DNA of 64,000 nt from positions 256,001 to 320,000 of the forward strand of contig CBDBFU010000002.1 of the NCBI GenBank assembly GCA_965205025.1. The letters run 5' to 3'. A program made the position numbers and the translations under genes. The notes beneath the pieces were generated by a model, which did no database searches, had not been told where the DNA came from, and saw nothing but the letters and a program-made list of their open reading frames with translations. Below are positions 28,803 to 38,580 of this stretch, piece by piece (positions within the stretch are counted from its first letter, which is position 1; the number at the start of each line of letters is the position of its first letter). Source of the stretch: Candidatus Poribacteria bacterium (lineage in GTDB: Bacteria; Poribacteria; WGA-4E; WGA-3G).

Positions 28803-28835
28803 AGAGAGCGAAGAATTCTGATTTAGATTTTTTCT

Positions 28836-28859
28836 GTAGGAGGGGATTCCAATCCTCGA
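28836..28859 (+). repeat. GTAG-type REP
   Basis: GTAGGAGGGGATTCCAATCCTCGA. Related copies at about 53234 and 53273. Confidence 0.6.
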
Positions 28860-28937
28860 TCTTAACTACAAAGTATCGTGATTCGAAGAACATACCTTCC
28901 AGTGCTTTAATGTCAAAAACTTTACATACTCGTTTAA

Positions 28938-28967
28938 TTGACATTTCATATCATTCTTCAGTATAAT
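28938..28967 (+). promoter_or_regulatory. Sigma70 promoter
   Basis: TTGACA-N18-TATAAT upstream of the Rpn gene. Confidence 0.7.
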
Positions 28968-28994
28968 AAACATAGGTGGCAATAGTTTTTAGCT

Positions 28995-30080
28995 ATGGAA
29001 ATGAAAGATACAGAGTTCCTCTCTTTTTTAGATTACCCTATAGAGCAGTTCCATGACCGCAGCACACGTTGGTTACTTGAAGACAAGGAGAATGTTCAAG
29101 GACTATTAGAAATTGTCAGGGAACATTTAGTTCCACATATTGATTTTAATCAACTTGTGCATATCAACAGGAGTTTCATTCCAGACAATTTACGAGAACA
29201 GGAGTCCGACCTTGTGTATACTGTACCGTTTAAAAGTGATACACAGACAGACGAACTTCTGATTTACATTCTTATTGAACACCAGTCAACGATAGACGCA
29301 ACAATGGGTTTTAGAGTTCTGTTCTATATGACACAGATATGGGATTTTCAACGACGCGAATGGGAATCCAACAACATATCTAAGAGTCAAAGACGATTAC
29401 GCCCCATTATTCCGATTGTATTTTATACAGGCGAACAAAAATGGCAAACACCTTTATCACTCTATAACTTGATAGAATTGCCCGAATTACTTGTAGATTT
29501 TGTCCCTAACTTTGAAATCCTGTTTCTGAGTGTAAAAGAAACAGACTCCGCAGTTTTAACCAAAACCGACCATCCGTTTGGATGGTTGCTAACTGTTCTG
29601 CAAAAGGAAAATGCAACTAAAGAGGAGATACGAACTGCCCTAACAGAAGCAATACAGCATATTGACACACTTGATGTTGAAAAAACTCAACAGTGGCGGC
29701 GTGCGATATTTTACCTTTATCTGTTAATCCTACACCGACGTCCCGTTGAAGAACATGATGAGTTGAAGACTTTAGTTTATCAGCAATCCCAAGAAACTTC
29801 ACATAGAGAGGAGGGAGAAGCAATGGCACAGACAATGGCTGAATTCCTAATTGAACAAGGTAAAAAAGAAGGTGAAAAAAGAGGTGAAAAAAAAGGTGAA
29901 AAAAAAGGTGAATTACGTGCAAAACGTGAGGCTGTTTTAAAATCACTCCACATCCGATTTGATCCAGTTACAGATACAATCCTCAATAAAATATCTGCTA
30001 TTCGGAGTATCTCACGTCTTGATACGCTTTTTGAGAAAATAGCAACCGCAAAAACACTTAATGAAATTGACTGGGAATAA
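28995..30080 (+). CDS. Rpn/YhgA-like PD-(D/E)XK nuclease
   Basis: ESDLVY, YILIEHQS, PIIPIVFYTG, C-terminal GEKKG tandem repeats. Confidence 0.9.
   Translation: MEMKDTEFLSFLDYPIEQFHDRSTRWLLEDKENVQGLLEIVREHLVPHIDFNQLVHINRSFIPDNLREQESDLVYTVPFKSDTQTDELLIYILIEHQSTIDATMGFRVLFYMTQIWDFQRREWESNNISKSQRRLRPIIPIVFYTGEQKWQTPLSLYNLIELPELLVDFVPNFEILFLSVKETDSAVLTKTDHPFGWLLTVLQKENATKEEIRTALTEAIQHIDTLDVEKTQQWRRAIFYLYLLILHRRPVEEHDELKTLVYQQSQETSHREEGEAMAQTMAEFLIEQGKKEGEKRGEKKGEKKGELRAKREAVLKSLHIRFDPVTDTILNKISAIRSISRLDTLFEKIATAKTLNEIDWE
29823..30080 (+). CDS. Putative internally translated RpnS-type small protein (85 aa)
   Basis: GAGGAGGGAG RBS 5 nt before an in-frame ATG (MAQTMAEFLIEQG). Confidence 0.6.
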   Translation: MAQTMAEFLIEQGKKEGEKRGEKKGEKKGELRAKREAVLKSLHIRFDPVTDTILNKISAIRSISRLDTLFEKIATAKTLNEIDWE

Positions 30081-30197
30081 TTAAGGTTAGAATTCATCAG
30101 ATTTATGATAAATATTAGACTAAATTAGACACCCTACAACGGAGCAATATCAAACCCAGATACACCGATTAACCCTACCTAACCTTATGCAATTTGC

Positions 30198-30226
30198 TTG
30201 ACAGAATCGAATTGAAGTGGTAATCT
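30198..30226 (+). promoter_or_regulatory. Sigma70 promoter
   Basis: TTGACA-N17-TAATCT with an extended TG. Confidence 0.6.
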
Positions 30227-30275
30227 ATTTTCAGTTTTTATGAAGATATTGAGATATGGAGAGACTGTCTGACGT

Positions 30276-30878
30276 ATGTCAAAACCGAAAAGAAAACGTA
30301 AGAATAGACATTCTTCAGAAGAGGGTACAGAGGAAACACCTCGTTTAGAGAAAACAGCACCACTGCAACTACGATATTATGGTGACCCCGTACTCAGAAA
30401 AAAAGCAGAACCTGTTCAAGAAATTACCTACGAAGAGGTAAAACTTGCTGAAGACATGCTCAATACTCTCTACTTTACAGAAGTCGGTATCGGTTTAGCA
30501 GCAACACAGGTCGGTATCTTAAAACGATTCTTGATTGTTGATATACGTGAGGATGAAGAAGAGGACGAAACCGGACTTTTTATGTTGTTTAATCCTGAAA
30601 TTCTTAATTCTGAAGGTGAAGATATAGCTGAAGAAGGATGTTTGAGCATACCGGACCTTCGTGAAGATGTGAAAAGACCGGAAAAAATAGTTGTAAAAGC
30701 AATAGACTTACGAAATCAATCAGTTGAATTTGAAGCAGACGGATTACTTGCCCGCGTTCTCCAACACGAAATTGACCACTTAAATGGAACTCTTTTTATT
30801 GATAGGATTAGTGGCTTAAAAAGACAATTGCTAAGCGATGAATTGAAGAAGTTACAGAAAGCTGATCGACCCACGTAA
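30276..30878 (+). CDS. def: Peptide deformylase
   Basis: GIGLAATQVG, EGCLS, QHEIDHLNG. Confidence 0.96.
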   Translation: MSKPKRKRKNRHSSEEGTEETPRLEKTAPLQLRYYGDPVLRKKAEPVQEITYEEVKLAEDMLNTLYFTEVGIGLAATQVGILKRFLIVDIREDEEEDETGLFMLFNPEILNSEGEDIAEEGCLSIPDLREDVKRPEKIVVKAIDLRNQSVEFEADGLLARVLQHEIDHLNGTLFIDRISGLKRQLLSDELKKLQKADRPT

Positions 30879-30887
30879 CGCGTTAGG

Positions 30888-31751
30888 ATGGTAAATATGA
30901 CACCAAAACCTATAAAATCTCCCACTTTACAAACAAAAGTAGACCGTCTATATGAATGCCTACGCAACTATGAAAAGGTTATTGTTGCCTTCTCTGGTGG
31001 TGTAGATAGTACATTTCTTGCAGAAGCATCACAACATGCTTTAGGTGAAAATGCGCTTGCTGTTACTGCTATTTCCGATTCATACCCTATCAGAGAAATG
31101 AAAGCTGCACAAGAAATTGCTAAGCAGATTGGTATTCGCTTTGAAACTGTTAATACTGAAGAATTAGATTTAGAGGGATATGCAAGCAATCCAACAAATC
31201 GATGCTTCTTTTGTAAGACAGAATTGTTCGACAAACTTCGTCCAATTGCTGAAAAATATGATGTTGGTACAATTGTCTATGGTGCAATCCCAGACGACGT
31301 TGGTGACCATCGTCCGGGAATGGATGCAGCAAAACAGATGGGTATACAGGCACCGCTAATTGATGTTGACTTAACGAAAGCCGAAATCCGAGAGATTTCT
31401 AAAGTGTGGGATCTCCCAACATGGGATAAACCTGCGTTTGCTTGTCTTTCTTCACGTTTCCCATACGGTATGCGTATTACACGTGAATTACTACGTCAAG
31501 TTGATGCAGCAGAACAATTTTTATATGATATGGGTATCCGTCAATTCCGTGTCCGCCACCACGGAGAACTTGCCAGAATTGAACTGGAAGCAGATGAAAT
31601 GACACGATTTTACAAGAAAGAGACACGAAATCAAATCAACGAACATTTCAATACATTGGGATATACCCACGTCACACTTGATCTACAAGGATATCGTTCC
31701 GGTAGCCTAAATGAAGGAGTCACGAAAACACAAGTCAGTCAACTAACCTAA
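30888..31751 (+). CDS. larE: LarE-family ATP-dependent sacrificial sulfur transferase
   Basis: PP-loop AFSGGVDS, RCFFCK, RPGMDAA, ACLSSRFPYG. Confidence 0.9.
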   Translation: MVNMTPKPIKSPTLQTKVDRLYECLRNYEKVIVAFSGGVDSTFLAEASQHALGENALAVTAISDSYPIREMKAAQEIAKQIGIRFETVNTEELDLEGYASNPTNRCFFCKTELFDKLRPIAEKYDVGTIVYGAIPDDVGDHRPGMDAAKQMGIQAPLIDVDLTKAEIREISKVWDLPTWDKPAFACLSSRFPYGMRITRELLRQVDAAEQFLYDMGIRQFRVRHHGELARIELEADEMTRFYKKETRNQINEHFNTLGYTHVTLDLQGYRSGSLNEGVTKTQVSQLT

Positions 31752-31765
31752 CAGAGGAATAAAAG

Positions 31766-32110
31766 ATGTATGATTTAGAAGGTGTTTTACAATTACTTGT
31801 AGCATTCCCAGTTCATATATTGACCTTTTTGGGTTGTATTCTACTTCTTATACTTGTCTGGCCAAAACATAGGAAAAAGGGTAAATATACTCCTATCTCG
31901 TCTGAATCCACTGCAAAAAAGCAAGACTTAACACAGAGCGAAAAACATCAACTTGTGGAAAAGATTAATGAAAATAGAATGAGTGGTATCAAGAAAAGTG
32001 CTGCAATAGGTCAAGACTCCAAATTTATGGTTTTTATTACGGTTGTTTTAATCGTACTTACTTTGATTTTTATTGTTGGCATGATAATGATGAAATTTCA
32101 TAAATATTGA
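31766..32110 (+). CDS. Small membrane protein (2 TM)
   Basis: Two hydrophobic segments and a GAGG RBS. Confidence 0.65.
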   Translation: MYDLEGVLQLLVAFPVHILTFLGCILLLILVWPKHRKKGKYTPISSESTAKKQDLTQSEKHQLVEKINENRMSGIKKSAAIGQDSKFMVFITVVLIVLTLIFIVGMIMMKFHKY

Positions 32111-32164
32111 TGCTATCACCTATTTCAATAATAAAACCACCCAAAAGAATAAGTTTCAAACTAC

Positions 32165-33490
32165 ATGTCCACCCCTCAAAACCAGCCACTAATCGGCACA
32201 GATTCCTTCAGTTGGAAGAAATGGGATGCCTGTACGCATTGTGGTCTCTGCTTACCTACCTGTCCCACTTACCGTGAATTAGGACTTGAAACAGACTCCC
32301 CCAGAGGTAGATTATACCTTATGGGGAGTGCATTCAAACCACAAGATCCAACACCGCTGAACGAAGAATGGGCAGAATATATTTATCGATGTCTGGATTG
32401 CCGTGCATGTGAGACCGCTTGTCCTTCAGGTGTTCATTTTGGTGAACTCCTTGAAGAAGCACGCGCCATTTACGAACAGAACGCTTCCCGTTCAACAAGT
32501 TATCGTTTCTGGAGTGATCTCGTCTTCAAACGTATACTCCCGAACAAAGAACGTTTAGATCTTATTTTTGAACTGATGTGGTTATACCAAAAACTCGGTA
32601 TACGTTGGTTAGTTCAGAAAACTGGGATTCTTAAGTTGATGGGACAGATGGGACAGATGGAGTCATTACTTCCAAAAATCCCTTCTCCAAAACTCAAATA
32701 CACGATACGAGATATCACCCCAGCAGAAGGAGAAACCCGTTATCGTGTCGGTTTTATTCCAGGTTGCATAATGAATCAGGTATTTACAGATACGAACCTG
32801 GCAACTATCCGAGTACTTACCCAGAATGGATGTGAGGTAGTTACGCCGAGAAAGCAAACCTGTTGTGGGGCATTACATTTACATAACGGTGTACGCGATG
32901 TCGCTTCCGCATTGGCTAAACAGAACATAGATGCATTTGAGAATGAGAATTTGGACGCTGTTATCATCAATTCTGCTGGATGTGGAGCAACACTCAAGGA
33001 GTACGAAGCACTGCTGGAAAACACTGATTATGCCGAAAAGGCTGAACACTTTAGTCACAATATGCGAGACATCAGCGAGTTCTTGGCAGAAATTGAGATG
33101 ATACCACCAAACGGTAAAATCCCATTACGTGTTACGTACGATGAACCGTGCCATCTCCTACACGGACAAAGTGTAAAACTGCAGCCGCGAAAAGTGTTAC
33201 AAGCCATTCCAGAACTTGAACTGATTGAGTTGACTGAAGCTGAATGGTGTTGTGGGAGTGCGGGGATATATAATATCACTCAACCCGAACTATCTCAGGA
33301 AATATTGGAACGGAAGATGGAACACATCAGTGATACTAATGCTGATATTGTTGCCACTGGTAATCCAGGATGCCTTCTCCAAATTCAACTTGGAATCCAA
33401 AAACACAGTTTAGATATGAAAGCGATGCATCCTATCACACTCTTAGATTATTCCTATCGTAACATCCCACCAGACGAATGGGAAGAATAG
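32165..33490 (+). CDS. glcF: Glycolate oxidase-type Fe-S subunit (CCG domains)
   Basis: CTHCGLCLPTCP, CLDCRACETACP, CCGAL, CCGSAG, NPGC. Confidence 0.8.
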   Translation: MSTPQNQPLIGTDSFSWKKWDACTHCGLCLPTCPTYRELGLETDSPRGRLYLMGSAFKPQDPTPLNEEWAEYIYRCLDCRACETACPSGVHFGELLEEARAIYEQNASRSTSYRFWSDLVFKRILPNKERLDLIFELMWLYQKLGIRWLVQKTGILKLMGQMGQMESLLPKIPSPKLKYTIRDITPAEGETRYRVGFIPGCIMNQVFTDTNLATIRVLTQNGCEVVTPRKQTCCGALHLHNGVRDVASALAKQNIDAFENENLDAVIINSAGCGATLKEYEALLENTDYAEKAEHFSHNMRDISEFLAEIEMIPPNGKIPLRVTYDEPCHLLHGQSVKLQPRKVLQAIPELELIELTEAEWCCGSAGIYNITQPELSQEILERKMEHISDTNADIVATGNPGCLLQIQLGIQKHSLDMKAMHPITLLDYSYRNIPPDEWEE

Positions 33491-33557
33491 CAACAGTCTT
33501 TAACAATCAGATTACAAAAAACGTGACAACTTAGTAAAAGTATGGTAAATTAATAAT

Positions 33558-34142
33558 ATGGTTTTATCAAATGTAGATATCCTAAAATATATGGACGAAG
33601 GAAAAATAAAAATTACCCCAGAACCCAATTTAGATACACAATTAGGGAGTTGTTCAATTGATTGTAGATTGGGGAATGTTTTTCGAGTTTTTGAGCACAG
33701 CAAACATGCTTTTATTGATTTGAAAACAAAGGTAGATGTTGATGATCTCATGCGAAAAGTAGATGTACCTGAGGGTGATGCATTTACGATGCAACCGGGG
33801 GAATTTGTTCTGGCTGCTACGCAAGAAAAACTGGAATTAGCCGACGATGTAATGGCAAGACTTGAAGGAAGAAGCAGCCTCGGTAGACTTGGTATTATTG
33901 TTCATAGCACTGCTGGACTATTTGACCCAGGTTGGGTTGGAAATGCAACGTTGGAACTTGGCAATCTTGGAAGGATGCCTGTGATACTATATCCTGGGAT
34001 GCGTATATGTGCTTTTACCTTTGAGCAGCTTTCTTCGCCTTCAACTGTTCCCTACCACCTGAAACCCGCTAATAAATATGCTGGACAAGGTGGACCCGAA
34101 ATTAGTAGATTTGCTGAAGATGTTGAATTAAAAGAACCGTAA
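33558..34142 (+). CDS. dcd: dCTP deaminase
   Basis: EGRSSLGRLG, AGLFDPGW, TLELGN, KYAGQ. Confidence 0.95.
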   Translation: MVLSNVDILKYMDEGKIKITPEPNLDTQLGSCSIDCRLGNVFRVFEHSKHAFIDLKTKVDVDDLMRKVDVPEGDAFTMQPGEFVLAATQEKLELADDVMARLEGRSSLGRLGIIVHSTAGLFDPGWVGNATLELGNLGRMPVILYPGMRICAFTFEQLSSPSTVPYHLKPANKYAGQGGPEISRFAEDVELKEP

Positions 34143-34145
34143 TTC

Positions 34146-34185
34146 TGCTGAAATTTTGGGCAAATTTATGCCTAATTATTTAGCA
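34146..34185. promoter_or_regulatory. Tandem NtrC-type enhancer boxes
   Basis: TGCTGAAATTTTGGGCA (34146-34162) and TGCCTAATTATTTAGCA (34169-34185), both TGC-N11-GCA. Confidence 0.55.
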
Positions 34186-34322
34186 AATCAATATACTCTA
34201 TCTTAGGTGCTTGAATAGATGTACCTAAGATATTTAGTTATGTAAACAGATGCTTCTAAGCACTGTTTGATTCTGTTGCATTGGTGTCGTCAAATTGCGT
34301 TTTATGCGACAAGAATGCTTAA

Positions 34323-34340
34323 TTGGCATAGACTTTGCAT
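34323..34340 (+). promoter_or_regulatory. Sigma54 (-24/-12) promoter of glnA
   Basis: TTGGCATAGACTTTGCA matches TGGCAY-N5-TTGCW. Confidence 0.75.
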
Positions 34341-34435
34341 AGTCTTTATTGGGATTTTTGTCAAATAATATAATTACGCATTGGATTGACGACCCATCAC
34401 AATTTACAATATACTGTTGATTCACTTAGGAGGAA

Positions 34436-35857
34436 ATGCGAATGACACCAAGTGAGGTGGTTCAACTTGCAAAAGATAATGATGTTAAGATAGTTGACCT
34501 GAAATTCATGGATTTACCCGGGATGTGGCAACACTTCTCCATTATGGTTGGAGAATTGAACGAAGACCTTTTTGAAGAAGGTATCGGTTTTGATGGGTCA
34601 AGTATCCGTGGTTTTCAGGCTATTAACGAGAGCGATATGCTCCTCTTTCCAGACCCTACGACAGCACTTCTTGACCCAGTTTGTGAAATACCGACGTTAA
34701 GTATTACCTGTAATATCAAAGACCCAATTACTCTTGAAAATTACACCCGTGATGTACGCCATATTGCGCAGAAAGCTGAAGCGTATCTTCAGTCTACCGG
34801 TATTGCAGATATTAGTTATTGGGGACCAGAAGCTGAATTCTATCTATTGAATGATATCCGTTATGAACAGACAGCAAATTCTGGATTCTACTCTGTTGAT
34901 TCTGTTGAAGGTAGTTGGAATTCTGGTAAAGATGAGAATCCGAATCTCGGTTACAAACCCCGTTATAAAGAAGGATATTTCCCAGTTCCACCATCAGATA
35001 CACTTCAAGACATCCGGTCTGAGATCTGTTTGAAACTTATTGAATCTGGAATTGATGTTGAAGTTCATCACCACGAAGTTGGTACAGCTGGTCAAGGTGA
35101 GATTGATATCCGCTTTGATACACTTACCACTGTTGGGGACAAAATTGCTTTATACAAGTACATCGTCAAGAATATCGCTCGTTCCCATAATTTGGTAGCC
35201 ACCTTTATGCCAAAACCACTCTTCCAAGACAACGGTTCCGGTATGCACGTGCACCAAAGTTTTTGGAAAGATGGTAAGAATATCTTCTTTGATCCACAAG
35301 GATATTCATTGTTAAGTGAAACTGCTCTGTATTATATCGGTGGTTTGCTTGCACATGCGCGGTCTTTATGTGCCATTATTGCCCCAACCACGAATTCCTA
35401 TAAGCGACTGGTTCCGGGATATGAAGCACCTGTCAATATTGCTTATTCACAAAGAAACCGTAGTGCCTGTGTTAGAATTCCTGTTTATTCTAAGAGTGAA
35501 AAGGCTAAACGTGTTGAGTTTAGAACACCCGATCCGTCTTGTAATCCGTATCTTGCCTTTAGTGCTTTAATGATGGCAGGACTTGACGGTATTCAAAACC
35601 GTATTCACCCTGGTGATCCTCTGGATAAAGACCTTTATGATCTTGAACCGGAAGAACTTGCCGATATTGAATCCACACCCGTTTCTCTTGGTGATGCCCT
35701 TGATGCCCTTGAAGATGATCACGAATATCTTCTGAAAGGTGATGTTTTTACACAAGACGTGCTTGATGTCTGGATTGATTATAAACGGGAGAATGAAGTA
35801 GATGCCGTCAATATGCGTCCACATCCGTATGAATTCTTCCTCTACCACGATATATAG
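34436..35857 (+). CDS. glnA: Glutamine synthetase type I
   Basis: FDGSSIRG, HHEVG, FMPKP, NGSGMHVH, RNRSACVRIP, DLYDL. Confidence 0.97.
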   Translation: MRMTPSEVVQLAKDNDVKIVDLKFMDLPGMWQHFSIMVGELNEDLFEEGIGFDGSSIRGFQAINESDMLLFPDPTTALLDPVCEIPTLSITCNIKDPITLENYTRDVRHIAQKAEAYLQSTGIADISYWGPEAEFYLLNDIRYEQTANSGFYSVDSVEGSWNSGKDENPNLGYKPRYKEGYFPVPPSDTLQDIRSEICLKLIESGIDVEVHHHEVGTAGQGEIDIRFDTLTTVGDKIALYKYIVKNIARSHNLVATFMPKPLFQDNGSGMHVHQSFWKDGKNIFFDPQGYSLLSETALYYIGGLLAHARSLCAIIAPTTNSYKRLVPGYEAPVNIAYSQRNRSACVRIPVYSKSEKAKRVEFRTPDPSCNPYLAFSALMMAGLDGIQNRIHPGDPLDKDLYDLEPEELADIESTPVSLGDALDALEDDHEYLLKGDVFTQDVLDVWIDYKRENEVDAVNMRPHPYEFFLYHDI

Positions 35858-36196
35858 GAACTATCCTATACCTTTTATAGGTAAAGTTTAGAGGTGTTTC
35901 CTCGAATATGAAATAGTAGTTTCTACTGTATCTATTGTGGGGAGGGGCAAGAACCCCGTGTCTGAGGTATCACATAACCGCAAGCGTTGATTTCCAGGCG
36001 AGTGTGAATTGTAGTGTATATTCTGATAAGTATGCATTTGACAAACACGTATAGCTTAGATGACACGCAAGATAAAGCGATAATCTGATGCCTCAGTCTA
36101 TTTTATATGGACGGATTAATCATTCGTCCGCAGCAACCTGATAAACATAAGGCGAATCCCACGATCCGCCGAGATAACCCTAACAAATTTGTGTAG

Positions 36197-36553
<357 letters not shown>

Positions 36554-36585
36554 CTTTTATATTTATTATCGATTTCTAATTATTA

Positions 36586-36614
36586 GTAGGGACAGGCTAT
36601 ATGCCTGTCCTTTC
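36586..36614 (+). terminator. Hairpin after glnB (REP-like, possible terminator)
   Basis: GTAG-GGACAGGC-TATAT-GCCTGTCC-TTTC. Confidence 0.6.
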
Positions 36615-36670
36615 TGGTTTAATTTGTCTTATTAAGGATAATTGAAAGGTTCAATATCTTTCAATTTCTC

Positions 36671-36699
36671 TTGACATTATCCTAATTACATGGTATTAT
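36671..36699 (+). promoter_or_regulatory. Sigma70 promoter
   Basis: TTGACA-N17-TATTAT. Confidence 0.7.
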
Positions 36700-36791
36700 T
36701 TTCTTTGGTATTTTACCCTATAAGATGTTGGTTTGAAACCCTTTTCGCCAACGACATCTCAAATAAAATATTTTAAAAACACATAAACGTA

Positions 36792-37787
36792 ATGATTGAA
36801 GTAAAAGAACTTACAAAGTCTTACGGTCCGACCCTTGCCGTGAACCGAGTATCTTTTGATGCTCAAGCTGGAGAAGTAGTAGGTTTCATTGGACCAAATG
36901 GGGCTGGTAAAACCACAACCATGAGGATTCTAACATGCTATCTCACAGCGGATTCAGGCAGTGCAACCGTTGCTGGTTATGATGTCCTCCAAAGTGCTAT
37001 TGATGTCAGGAAAAACGTTGGGTATTTGCCTGAAAGTGCACCACTCTATACAGACATGGGAGTGGTTGAATACCTAAAGTTTATGGCAGATATTCGAGAC
37101 ATACCGAAAAGTCAGCGAAAAGACAGATTAAAAACTGTCGTTGAAATCTGTGGCCTTGAAGGAGTTATCCAAAAAGACATTGGTGAGCTTTCTAAAGGCT
37201 ACCGACAACGAGTTGGTTTAGCACAAAGTCTAATACACGATCCTCCTATTCTGATTTTAGATGAACCTACCTCCGGACTCGACCCGAGCCAAACGATTGA
37301 AATACGAAACTTAATCAAGGATATCGGTAGAGAAAAATTGGTACTCTTCAGTACACATATACTGCCTGAAGTTGCCGCGACGTGCGACCGTATTCTAATT
37401 ATAAGTCGAGGGCAACTTGTTGCCAACGGAACATTGGATGACCTCATCGGTCAAGTACGCAGCGTTAACAGGTTATATGTCGCAATCAGAGGCACAGAGG
37501 AGACAATTACCCCTCACTTGAACCAGTTAGAAGGTATCACCGAATTAACACATGTTGGAACCGACAACGGGGTCGTTAGTTATGATATTACATTAGTTGA
37601 GGACGGTGATGGCTCTGAACTTCTCTTTCAAGCTGCAGTCGAAAACGGATGGTCTTTGACTGAACTCCGACAGGAATCTATTGATCTGGAGGATGTATTC
37701 CTGCAATTTACTTCTGGAGAACAGAGTAGCAACACTGCATCTCCTCAACCATCAGAAAATAGTGTAACACCCGTTGACGAGGAGTAA
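36792..37787 (+). CDS. ABC-2 ATP-binding protein (GldA-like)
   Basis: GPNGAGKTT, LSKGYRQR, ILDEPT. Confidence 0.93.
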   Translation: MIEVKELTKSYGPTLAVNRVSFDAQAGEVVGFIGPNGAGKTTTMRILTCYLTADSGSATVAGYDVLQSAIDVRKNVGYLPESAPLYTDMGVVEYLKFMADIRDIPKSQRKDRLKTVVEICGLEGVIQKDIGELSKGYRQRVGLAQSLIHDPPILILDEPTSGLDPSQTIEIRNLIKDIGREKLVLFSTHILPEVAATCDRILIISRGQLVANGTLDDLIGQVRSVNRLYVAIRGTEETITPHLNQLEGITELTHVGTDNGVVSYDITLVEDGDGSELLFQAAVENGWSLTELRQESIDLEDVFLQFTSGEQSSNTASPQPSENSVTPVDEE

Positions 37788-37845
37788 TCTCAGAATTATT
37801 TTTTTTGACTCAATAAATACTATGCCTCGCATAGAATAGAATATT

Positions 37846-38562
37846 ATGCAGAATATAAACGCAATCTTCAAAAAAGAAATTAGAAGTTATTTCAATTCTC
37901 CTATCGCTTACATATTTATAACCTTTTTTCTTGCCATCTCTTCATGGCTCTTCTTTGGATCCTTTTTCATATATAACCAAGCAGAAATGCGAAGTTTCTT
38001 TGGATTAATGCCGTGGATGTTCCTTTTTTTCATCCCTGCGGTAACCATGAAACTCTGGGCAGAAGAGAAACAGCTCGGAACAGCAGAAATCCTGATGACC
38101 CTTCCGATCCGTGATCACGAGGTTGTTATCGGTAAATTTCTTGCAAGTCTTGGGTTGCTTGCTATTACCGCCCTTTTTTCGCTCTGCCTTCCTTTTTCAG
38201 TCATCTATCTGGGTAATGTTGATGGTGGAACACTTATATGTGGTTACTTAGGTTTATTATTGATGGGTGGAGCTTATTTGGCAATAGGTTTGTTTACATC
38301 AACCTTAACTAAGAATCAGATAATTGCCTTCATACTGGGAATATCTGCCTGCTTTGTTTTATGGATTATTGGGGAAGGTTTCGTACTTTCAAGGACTCCC
38401 GGATGGCTATTCCCGATATTTAGTTATCTCGGTCTCGGAACTCATTATAGTAGTATACTACGTGGTGTCATTGATACCCGTGATATCATCTATTATTTAA
38501 GTATCATTGGATTCTTTCTCTACTTAAGTACATTGTCAGTAGAAAGTCGGAAATGGCGTTAG
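37846..38562 (+). CDS. ABC-2 permease (GldF-like)
   Basis: KEIRSYFNSPIAY, AEEKQLGT, six TM segments. Confidence 0.9.
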   Translation: MQNINAIFKKEIRSYFNSPIAYIFITFFLAISSWLFFGSFFIYNQAEMRSFFGLMPWMFLFFIPAVTMKLWAEEKQLGTAEILMTLPIRDHEVVIGKFLASLGLLAITALFSLCLPFSVIYLGNVDGGTLICGYLGLLLMGGAYLAIGLFTSTLTKNQIIAFILGISACFVLWIIGEGFVLSRTPGWLFPIFSYLGLGTHYSSILRGVIDTRDIIYYLSIIGFFLYLSTLSVESRKWR

Positions 38563-38580
38563 ATAAGGAGGTAAACTATT

